Part shown: positions 45,642 to 53,195 of the stretch, piece by piece | Layout: each line of letters begins with the position of its first letter | How positions within the stretch are numbered: position 1 is the stretch's first letter | From: Clostridia bacterium | GTDB lineage: Bacteria; Bacillota; Clostridia; Oscillospirales; QAKW01 | Direction: 5' to 3' | Length of the DNA: 64,000 nt | Assembly: GCA_017937065.1 (NCBI GenBank) | Contig: JAGBEI010000013.1 | Coordinates: 95,333-159,332 of the forward strand | Notes under the pieces: generated by a model | The model's input: the letters and a program-made list of their open reading frames with translations, nothing else | The model's database searches: none | What the model was told of the DNA's origin: nothing | Program-made: the position numbers and the translations under genes

Positions 45642-46441
45642 ATTTCAACCATAGCGGCCATATTGCCGCGCTTTCCGTTTGTTGCACGGTGAGAATAATA
45701 AATATCACTGTTGCAGTAAGTACACTCACAGCTTAAATGTATATTTTCGGGCAGCAGACCTGCGCTTTCCAGTACCGCACGGTTTGCGCCGTTTAAATCA
45801 AGCATATATTTTCCGCCGGTCTTTTTCTCAAAAAACCGTGAAAGACTCAAATCTCTTGCGGTAAATCCGTCAAAGACATCCTGCCCCACCTCATAGCAGC
45901 ACGCGCCGATACACGGTCCGACCGCCGCTGTCATATCGCGCGGGTCGCAGCCGTAATTTTGCATCAGCTTTCTCACGGCGGCTGCGGTAATTCCGAGCGC
46001 CGTGCCGCGCCAGCCGGAATGCACGCAGGCGGCAGCCTTCTTTTGCGGGTCTGCTATTATCACGGGCACGCAGTCCGCAACAAAAATCACAAGACACAGC
46101 CCGCGCTCGTTTGTCACAAAGCCGTCCGCCGCCCGGTCTGCCGTCCAGAACCCGCCTGTCTTATGCGTGCCGTCTACTGTAAGGACAATGTCCGTGTGTT
46201 CCTGATTGGATAAAACGGCGCTGCCGGAAAAGCCTGCCGCCTCAAACACGCGGCGGTAATTTTCCAGCACATTTTCGCGCGCCTCCCTTGAAAAGGACAA
46301 ATTGGTCTCAGACAGATACCCGCGGCTGACGCCGCCCGCTCGCGTGGTAAAGCAGTGCTTTTTAAACCCGATTTCGTCCAGTGCGCGGCAGCGCAGAGTT
46401 TTCACGCCGTTTGTATTGTCAAAATAAAAGCTGTCGGTCAT
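45638..46441 (-). CDS. pgeF: Peptidoglycan editing factor PgeF (YfiH/DUF152 laccase-domain protein)
   Basis: 267 aa with DCVPV, HSGWRG and CTYC... motifs typical of the family. Confidence 0.85.
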   Translation of the reverse strand: MTDSFYFDNTNGVKTLRCRALDEIGFKKHCFTTRAGGVSRGYLSETNLSFSREARENVLENYRRVFEAAGFSGSAVLSNQEHTDIVLTVDGTHKTGGFWTADRAADGFVTNERGLCLVIFVADCVPVIIADPQKKAAACVHSGWRGTALGITAAAVRKLMQNYGCDPRDMTAAVGPCIGACCYEVGQDVFDGFTARDLSLSRFFEKKTGGKYMLDLNGANRAVLESAGLLPENIHLSCECTYCNSDIYYSHRATNGKRGNMAAMVEI

Positions 46442-46541
46442 ATAACGCTCCTTTTTTATATTATATATGAAAGAGTACGGGATTTCAACAACATTGACTT
46501 TAATTTTTCAATGGTGTATAATTCATGCCGAGGTGATTGAT

Positions 46542-47231
46542 TTGTACAAGACAGAACTGCATGCGCATACCTGCCCCGCAAGCAAATGTGCGCACACAGA
46601 GCCTGAGGAAATGATAGAACAATACATTGAAAACGGATATTCCGCCGTTGTCATAACAAATCATATGAGTCCTACGTTATTTGATGTTATTCTGCCCGAT
46701 ATAACCGATTATAGAGAAGCGGCGGAAATTTTTCTTGAGGATATACGCCGCGCGCGCGTGTATGCCGCGGGAAGAATAACAGTTCTGACAGGTATGGAGC
46801 TGCGCGTCAGAAAGAACATGAACGATTACTTAATATACGGTATTGACGATGAGTTCATATTGAACATGGGCAATGTTATGGACATGACAATAAAAGAGCT
46901 CTCTCCGTTTTTTCATGAAAACGGCGCGCTTATATTTCAGTCGCATCCCTTCCGCGACACTATGACAGTTACAAGCCCTAAGCTTCTGGACGGCATAGAG
47001 GCGGGTAATTTCTGCACAACGCATGACTCGCGCAACGATATCGCGGCGGTCTGGGCGAAAAAATTCGGTATGCTGACGGTTTACGGTTCAGACTATCACA
47101 GCAAGGCGTACATGCGCGGAGCGGGAATTCTCACCGAGCAGCCGATAACCTGTAACGCTGAGCTTTTGAATGTACTGAAGACGAAAAGCTTTAAGGTGAC
47201 AGACGGAGAAAATGTGTTTTTGCCGTATTAA
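46542..47231 (+). CDS. PHP-domain metal-dependent phosphoesterase
   Basis: The preferred start is TTG 46542, 6 nt after GAGGTG, giving M-YKTELHAHT (PHP His motif). The track ATG at 46467 would leave only 25 bp to the divergent pgeF gene. Confidence 0.6.
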   Translation: MYKTELHAHTCPASKCAHTEPEEMIEQYIENGYSAVVITNHMSPTLFDVILPDITDYREAAEIFLEDIRRARVYAAGRITVLTGMELRVRKNMNDYLIYGIDDEFILNMGNVMDMTIKELSPFFHENGALIFQSHPFRDTMTVTSPKLLDGIEAGNFCTTHDSRNDIAAVWAKKFGMLTVYGSDYHSKAYMRGAGILTEQPITCNAELLNVLKTKSFKVTDGENVFLPY

Positions 47232-47372
47232 ACGGGACTTTAATGACTGCAAGTGCAGCAATACATAAAATACGTCGGCATATTTTTTCTTGCAACTTTT
47301 TACATTTTATGATACGATATTTTAAATATTATATCCCGATAAGTTTTGTCTGATTGATTTACTCCCGCACAA

Positions 47373-47454
47373 AAGCCTCCAGGGAGTACCGCAGGAAAAT
47401 ATTTATTATACAGTTTCTGCTGTAATTGTATTGATAACCTGGCTGATCCAAACG
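47373..47454. repeat. Direct repeat copy 1 (82 bp; 60-bp core 47395-47454)
   Basis: The core GAAAATATTTATTATACAGTTTCTGCTGTAATTGTATTGATAACCTGGCTGATCCAAACG matches copy 2 at 57 of 60 positions. The flank 47375-47394 matches at 14 of 20. Confidence 0.9.
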
Positions 47455-47579
47455 CTTTTATCTATACGAACAGAAAAGGTAACAAAGTCCGATTCCCCTT
47501 TCAAAGGATTTGGTTTTAATATAACGGTATTTAAAATTATTATTTTCCTTATCGTGATACAGTCAAAAGGAAATTTAAA

Positions 47580-47798
47580 ATGAAATATTATGAAAATCTC
47601 AAAAAAATAAGAGAACAAAAGCAAAAGTCACAAAAACAAATTGCAGAAATTTTAAATATTACACAGCAGCAATATCATCTTTATGAAAGCGGCAAAAGAA
47701 AATTGCCTATCGACGGCTTAATCATTCTGTGTAACTACTACAACGTATCCTCCGACTATATCTTAGGAATTTCAGATTTCCCCGATATCAGAAGATAA
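47580..47798 (+). CDS. Small XRE-family HTH protein (72 aa), paralogue 1
   Basis: HTH_3 pattern. The C-terminal DYILGISDFPDIRR tail is shared with paralogue 2. About 49% identity (35/72), counted by eye. Confidence 0.8.
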   Translation: MKYYENLKKIREQKQKSQKQIAEILNITQQQYHLYESGKRKLPIDGLIILCNYYNVSSDYILGISDFPDIRR

Positions 47799-47887
47799 TA
47801 GCGTTTGCGACTCTGATTGTCTTGAGGCACGCCGCAGCAGCACCCGTTTTTGTCTGAAACGCCGACAATGCGCAAAGCAGCGCATTA

Positions 47888-47969
47888 ATGCCTCCAAGTA
47901 ATACTGCGTGAAAATATTCATTATACAATTTCTGCTGTAATTGTATTGATAACCCGGCTGATCCAAACG
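47888..47969. repeat. Direct repeat copy 2 (82 bp; 60-bp core 47910-47969)
   Basis: Offset of exactly 515 bp from copy 1. See copy 1 for the match counts. Confidence 0.9.
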
Positions 47970-48026
47970 AAATGTAATGTGATATTATAACTCACTGCCT
48001 ATTATATTTTCTACAAAGGAGACGTC

Positions 48027-48245
48027 ATGGATTATTTAGATAAGCTGATAAAGCTGCGTGAAGAAAAAGGACTTACCCAAAAAGATTTGACCGAAATATA
48101 CGGCTGTAACCAATCCAATATATCAAAAATCGAGAGAAAGGAAAGAAAGCTGAATATTGAACAGCTGATTGCGCTGTGTCGGTTTTACAGCGTATCCGCC
48201 GACTATGTTTTAGGTCTTTCCGACTTCACCGATATCAGAAGATAA
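48027..48245 (+). CDS. Small XRE-family HTH protein (72 aa), paralogue 2
   Basis: AAAGGAG RBS, HTH_3 pattern, and the C-terminal DYVLGLSDFTDIRR tail. Confidence 0.8.
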   Translation: MDYLDKLIKLREEKGLTQKDLTEIYGCNQSNISKIERKERKLNIEQLIALCRFYSVSADYVLGLSDFTDIRR

Positions 48246-48301
48246 TAGCTTGCACTTTTAATTTGTGCGGCAATTTTGGTAACATACAGGAGGGGGAAAA
48301 T

Positions 48302-48640
48302 ATGAAATTGCCTATAACAGATAAAACAATGACAGCGTATTGCGGCGCATACTGCGGGGAATGCGAGTGGAGGCAAAAAACGGGCTGCCGCGGATGCCGT
48401 GCAAGCGCGGGAAATATGTTTTGGGGCGAGTGCGATAAGGCAAAGTGCTGTATCGAAAAGGGGATTTCCCACTGCGGCTGCTGCGACAGGGTTCCGTGCG
48501 CCAAGCTTGAGCTGCTGTTTTCCGACCCTGAACACGGAGACGACGGCTCAAGACTTTGCAATCTTCAAAATTGGAAGAACGGTAATTATACATATGAAAA
48601 ACTGAATAACACTGCACAGGAGAATGCAAAAAAGCTCTGA
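48302..48640 (+). CDS. DUF3795-type cysteine-rich protein
   Basis: Start at ATG 48302 after GGAGGGGG; the longer track ORF is rejected. 112 aa. YCGAYCGEC...CRGC...C..AKCC...HCGCC..VPC is the DUF3795 Cys pattern. Confidence 0.7.
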   Translation: MKLPITDKTMTAYCGAYCGECEWRQKTGCRGCRASAGNMFWGECDKAKCCIEKGISHCGCCDRVPCAKLELLFSDPEHGDDGSRLCNLQNWKNGNYTYEKLNNTAQENAKKL

Positions 48641-48670
48641 TAAACTAAATAACCGGGGAGGAAAAATCAT

Positions 48671-49132
48671 ATGGGAGCTGCGATATGCGGGCTTGACTGT
48701 TCAAAATGCTCTTTACAGGCAGGCTGCAAAGGCTGCGAAAGCACCGAGGGGCATCCATTCGGCGGTTCATGTATGCTGGCACTATGCTGTAAAAACAAAA
48801 GCTGTGAAAGCTGCGGCAATGCTTTTGACAGCGGCTGCCGGCTCAAAAAACGGCTTATTGCAGAGTTCAATGCTCTCGGCATTAAGGATATGGATACTGT
48901 TACTGATCTCAATGCTCTGCACGGAAGCTATATAAATCTTAAATATACGCTGCCGGGAGGTCAATCCATCAGGTTCTGGGACGATGACAGAATATATCTT
49001 GGTAATCAAATCTGTAAAAAGGGCAGTGAGCGCTGCTACGGACTAACCGCCGACGAGCATTATCTTTTAGTATGCGAGTACGGAACAAACGGCACGGACG
49101 CCGAGATTATAATATATAAAAAATGGCGTTAA
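48671..49132 (+). CDS. DUF3795-like cysteine-rich N-terminal domain protein with an extra C-terminal domain
   Basis: 153 aa with a GGGGAGG RBS. Contains ICGLDCSKC...CKGC...CCKNKSCESC, followed by an unassigned domain of about 90 aa. Confidence 0.65.
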   Translation: MGAAICGLDCSKCSLQAGCKGCESTEGHPFGGSCMLALCCKNKSCESCGNAFDSGCRLKKRLIAEFNALGIKDMDTVTDLNALHGSYINLKYTLPGGQSIRFWDDDRIYLGNQICKKGSERCYGLTADEHYLLVCEYGTNGTDAEIIIYKKWR

Positions 49133-49245
49133 TGCTACGGCTGAAACTGTCGGTATTCAATTTTATCGGCGCTCTTAAATAAACCGTGCTTTTAATTGCC
49201 TTGCGGCGATTTTTGTAATATATCATTAAACTCAAGGGGGAAAAT

Positions 49246-50802
49246 ATGAAATCAACCGTACTTATTCTTATCGCAATAGCGGTATATCTTATCGGCATGC
49301 TGATAATCGGCTTTGCCTGTTCACGCAAAAACAAAAATACCGACGATTTTTATCTGGGCGGCAGGCGGCTGGGACCGTTTGTCACCGCAATGAGCGCCGA
49401 GGCGTCGGACATGAGTTCCTGGCTGCTCATGGGACTTCCCGGGCTTGCAATGCTCACAGGTCTTGCCCAGCCGACATGGACGGCGGTAGGACTTGCTGTC
49501 GGTACATACCTTAACTGGCTGATAGTCGCCAAACGAATCCGCATTTATTCGCACAAGATAAATGCAATCACAATTCCCGAATTCTTTTCCAAGCGCTATA
49601 AGGACGACAGACATATTCTCAGCATTATCGCCGCGCTTGTAATCATTGTTTTCTTTGTGCCCTATACCGCGTCCGGCTTTGCCGCGTGCGGAAAGCTGTT
49701 TTCCACGGTGCTGGGCGTTGATTACATGGGCGCGATGATTGTCTGCGCCGTCGTTATCTGTCTTTACTGCGTTATGGGCGGATTTCTTGCCGCAAGCACA
49801 ACAGACCTTGTTCAGTCAATCGTTATGACGGTTGCGCTTGTTATTGTTATCGGCTACGGCGAAGCGACAGGCAGTGCGCAAAACGCCGCCTTCGGCTTTG
49901 ACGGCATTATCGAAAGTGTAAAACAGCTGCCCGGATTTCTGTCGCTGAACTCGTACTATGACGCATCGACAAACAGCGCCGTGCCCTTTGGTATTCTGCC
50001 GATAGCCTCCCTGCTTGCATGGGGGCTCGGATACTTCGGTATGCCGCACGTTCTGCTGCGCTTTATGGCTATCGACGACGCCAAAAAGCTCAAGACCTCA
50101 CGCCGCGTTGCCACAGTATGGGTAATTATATCCATGGCGGTCGCCGTCATGATAGGTATTACGGGCTATGCCCTTGTACAGTCGGGCGTTATTTCCGACC
50201 CGTCAGACCCGAACAAGGAAACAATAATCATCACAATCGCGCAGACAATAAGCAAATACGGATATATATTCGCTCTGTGCGCAGGCGTAATCCTGGCAGG
50301 CATTCTTGCCGCAACAATGTCCACCGCCGATTCACAGCTTTTAACGGCGGCAAGCGGCGTTACAAACGACATCTGTGAAAACTTTTTGGGCATAAAGCTG
50401 TCAAACAAAAAAGCAATGCTGGTAGCGCGGCTCTCCGTCATCGGCATCGCCGTACTGGCAGTCTTTTTTGCCCGTGACCCCGACTCGTCGGTGTTCCATG
50501 TTGTATCCTTTGCATGGGCGGGCTTCGGCGCCTCCTTCGGTCCCGTAATGCTCGCGGCGCTGTTCTGGAAGCGCTCTACGAAATGGGGCGCGATTGCAGG
50601 CATGGTCTCGGGCGGCGCAATGGTGTTTATCTGGAAATACGGCATTTCAAAGCTGGGCGGTCTGTTTGCAATTTACGAGCTGCTGCCCGCGTTTATCTTC
50701 GGTCTGATAGTGCTTATCGTTGTAAGCCTTCTCACCGGACAGCCCGATAAGGAAGCCATCCTTGAATTTGAAGAAACAGTAAAAGAATGTAAAGCAAAAT
50801 AA
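49246..50802 (+). CDS. putP: Sodium:proline symporter (SSS family)
   Basis: 518 aa, about 13 TM segments. The N-terminal segment DDFYLGGRRLGPFVTAMSAEASDMSSWLLMGLPG is typical of PutP. Confidence 0.85.
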   Translation: MKSTVLILIAIAVYLIGMLIIGFACSRKNKNTDDFYLGGRRLGPFVTAMSAEASDMSSWLLMGLPGLAMLTGLAQPTWTAVGLAVGTYLNWLIVAKRIRIYSHKINAITIPEFFSKRYKDDRHILSIIAALVIIVFFVPYTASGFAACGKLFSTVLGVDYMGAMIVCAVVICLYCVMGGFLAASTTDLVQSIVMTVALVIVIGYGEATGSAQNAAFGFDGIIESVKQLPGFLSLNSYYDASTNSAVPFGILPIASLLAWGLGYFGMPHVLLRFMAIDDAKKLKTSRRVATVWVIISMAVAVMIGITGYALVQSGVISDPSDPNKETIIITIAQTISKYGYIFALCAGVILAGILAATMSTADSQLLTAASGVTNDICENFLGIKLSNKKAMLVARLSVIGIAVLAVFFARDPDSSVFHVVSFAWAGFGASFGPVMLAALFWKRSTKWGAIAGMVSGGAMVFIWKYGISKLGGLFAIYELLPAFIFGLIVLIVVSLLTGQPDKEAILEFEETVKECKAK

Positions 50803-50805
50803 AAA

Positions 50806-50843
50806 ACCCGCCCCGAAACTGATTTTTCGGGGCGGAATTTTTA
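50806..50843 (+). terminator. Rho-independent terminator after putP
   Basis: CCGCCCCGAAA-loop-TTTCGGGGCGG followed by AATTTTT. Confidence 0.85.
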
Positions 50844-51039
50844 TTTAATTCGACAAAATGAAAGAAAAATTACCGTTTGTTTCAATTTGATAACATTACA
50901 TAATTTTTGCAAAAAAATTATCTCTCAAACAGGTTATTAACATTTTGAACAGAGTTTTGAACATACTTTGTTTCCGCATGTTTACTGTTTAAACAGCTAT
51001 TTTTATCTGTTTTTCGACAGCCTGTCAGCGCATATTCGG

Positions 51040-52077
51040 TTAAAAACTTATACCGTCTTTCGGTTTACATAATGCTTCTTGAATATCCGCCGTTGCAAAC
51101 CCGTTTTGGTCAAGCCCTGCAATAAAACCTGCACGGTATTCATAAAAACCCTGCGCACCGACCATGGCGGCATTGTCACCGCAAAGCGACAGCGGCGGGA
51201 TATACAGCTTACAGCCGCGGGGGAGCCCGCTTTGGAGCTTATGCCGAAGCATGGAATTTGCCGACACACCGCCCGCAACAACAAGCCGTGTAAAGCCAAG
51301 CTCATTTGCCGCACTGAAAAACTTCTCCGTAAGCACGCCCGTTATCGCCTCGCTGTACGATGCGGCAACTTCTGCGGCATTTATGCTCTGCCCGCGCTGG
51401 GCGGCGGTGTGCACATAGTTTATTACAGCGGTCTTAACGCCTGAAAAGGAGAAGTCAAAGGGCGCGTCCTTAAAGCTGACCTGCGGAAACTTTACGGCAT
51501 AGGGGTCGCCGCTTTTTGCGAGCCTGTCAATCTCTACCCCGCCGGGATACGGAAGACCGAGCACGCGCGCGCCCTTGTCAAAGGCCTCGCCCGCCGCGTC
51601 GTCGCGCGTCATGCCTATAATCTTATAATCGGTATAGCCCTTAACACTGACAATATGAGAGTGCCCGCCCGACACGACCATTGCCAGAAACGGCGGTTCA
51701 AGCTCGGGATACACAAGATAATTTGCGGCGATATGAGAGCGGATATGGTGCACCGGCACCAGCGGCAGACCGTTGGCGTATGCAAAGCCCTTGGCAAAAT
51801 TCAGCCCCACAAGCAGCGCACCGATAAGTCCGGGCGCGCTTGTCACCGCCACGGCGTCTATGTCTAAAACGGAAAGACCGCTGTCCGCTATCGCCCTTTC
51901 AACAAGCGGCGTTATCTTTTCAACATGACAGCGCGATGCAATTTCCGGCACGACCCCGCCGTAAAGCTTATGTATATCAATCTGAGAAAAAACAGTATTT
52001 GAAAGTACCTCGCGTCCGTCGCGTACAACCGCCGCCGCCGTCTCGTCACACGAGCTCTCTATTGCAAGTATGTTCAT
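51040..52077 (-). CDS. tsaD: tRNA N6-adenosine threonylcarbamoyltransferase
   Basis: 345 aa. MNILAIESSCDETAAAV and GGVSAN motifs are typical of TsaD/Kae1. Confidence 0.92.
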   Translation of the reverse strand: MNILAIESSCDETAAAVVRDGREVLSNTVFSQIDIHKLYGGVVPEIASRCHVEKITPLVERAIADSGLSVLDIDAVAVTSAPGLIGALLVGLNFAKGFAYANGLPLVPVHHIRSHIAANYLVYPELEPPFLAMVVSGGHSHIVSVKGYTDYKIIGMTRDDAAGEAFDKGARVLGLPYPGGVEIDRLAKSGDPYAVKFPQVSFKDAPFDFSFSGVKTAVINYVHTAAQRGQSINAAEVAASYSEAITGVLTEKFFSAANELGFTRLVVAGGVSANSMLRHKLQSGLPRGCKLYIPPLSLCGDNAAMVGAQGFYEYRAGFIAGLDQNGFATADIQEALCKPKDGISF

Positions 52078-52079
52078 AA

Positions 52080-52538
52080 TTATATTCTTCTCCTAAGCAC
52101 CGCCGCGTCCTCGACGGGATCGCTGTAATAATTCTTTCGCCGGGCTATTTCCTCAAATCCCGCGCGCTCGTAAAACGCACGCGCGGCGGTATTTGAAAGG
52201 CGCACCTCCAAAAGCTGCTCTCTGACGCCGCGCTCCTTACAGTAACGGCTTGCGTACTCCAACAGCGCGCTTGCCGCGCCCTTTCGGCGGATTGCGCTGT
52301 CTACCGCAATATCGAGAATATCGCAGCTTTCAAATGAAATCATAATAAGTATTATCCCGCACAGCCGCCTATCCGGCGGCAAGCGGCGCGCACCGAAAAC
52401 CGAAACCGCCCGATTGCTAATATACTCTTTGAGCTGCCGGGCGGCACCCGAGCCGACACAGAACGATAAAATACCCGCCGCGTCGTCAAAATCCCGTCTG
52501 TCAGAGCCGATATTCAACTGTGAAATTTCAAACTGCAC
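52080..52538 (-). CDS. rimI: Ribosomal-protein-alanine N-acetyltransferase
   Basis: 152-aa GNAT (RRKGAASALL acetyl-CoA motif) immediately upstream of tsaD, the canonical context. Confidence 0.75.
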   Translation of the reverse strand: MQFEISQLNIGSDRRDFDDAAGILSFCVGSGAARQLKEYISNRAVSVFGARRLPPDRRLCGIILIMISFESCDILDIAVDSAIRRKGAASALLEYASRYCKERGVREQLLEVRLSNTAARAFYERAGFEEIARRKNYYSDPVEDAAVLRRRI

Positions 52539-52553
52539 AGGCTAACCGTCCTT

Positions 52554-53126
52554 TTATATGTCCTTTTCCACAAAATGATTGTCATAAGTATCCCAGTATT
52601 TTCCGTACACCCTGTTATCACAGCCGTCAAGATTTAATTGATACATTCTGAAAACAACCGGGAAATCCTTCGGCTGCCACTGTTCCTCATAGGAGTAGCA
52701 GTATTTCATTCCTATCCGCCTCATAACATTTCCGCTTCTCGGATTATTTCTGTCATGCGTTGCGGTAATATACAAAACTCCGTTTTCTTTCAAATATTCA
52801 ACAAGAGCTCGGCTTGCCTCCGTTACAATCCCCTTATGCCAGAATTCCTTTAAAAGGGCATAGCCGAAATCATGGCTGTCATCCGTATCCGCCTTCACAT
52901 AGCCGATAGGTATATTATCCTGCTTGAGACAAATTGCAAAGCAATATTTTTTGTCTGCAAACCTTTTGTTGTAAAATTCTTCCGTCTGCTCTAAATTCTT
53001 TACCGGATACCACGGCAAAAAAGTGTTCACCTCCCTGTCGCTTAAAAGCAGATACAGCGCCTGCATATCCGTCGGCTCAAATTTTCTTAAAATAAGTCTT
53101 TCTGTTTCAAGTTTTAAATTATCCAT
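52554..53126 (-). CDS. GNAT-family N-acetyltransferase (RimJ/RimL-like)
   Basis: Start chosen at MDNLKLETERLILRKF, with AGAGGAA 4 nt upstream. The track start at 53165 remains possible. Confidence 0.7.
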   Translation of the reverse strand: MDNLKLETERLILRKFEPTDMQALYLLLSDREVNTFLPWYPVKNLEQTEEFYNKRFADKKYCFAICLKQDNIPIGYVKADTDDSHDFGYALLKEFWHKGIVTEASRALVEYLKENGVLYITATHDRNNPRSGNVMRRIGMKYCYSYEEQWQPKDFPVVFRMYQLNLDGCDNRVYGKYWDTYDNHFVEKDI

Positions 53127-53195
53127 TGATTTCCTCTGAAAATTCATCGCAGCCTTACGCCGCATTCAGCTTTCTGCGGGTCATAAATAATTTTT

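Noticed and set aside
46467-46541. The upstream ATG start for the PHP-domain gene.
   Set aside because: It would leave only 25 bp for two divergent promoters, and the extension is not PHP-like. The TTG at 46542 has a GAGGTG RBS. This is not fully excluded.
47406-47624. A 72-aa minus-strand ORF, and the full 64-aa ORF at 47772-47966.
   Set aside because: The two repeat copies are read in different frames by these ORFs, so the repeat is not conserved as protein. Only the RBS-preceded 37-aa portion of the second ORF is retained as a low-confidence candidate.
48176-48301. An N-terminal extension of the first DUF3795 gene, and the several overlapping 60-110-aa ORFs between 48203 and 48935.
   Set aside because: The extension overlaps the XRE gene's 3' end and lacks an RBS. 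The other ORFs are shadow frames of the Cys-rich genes.
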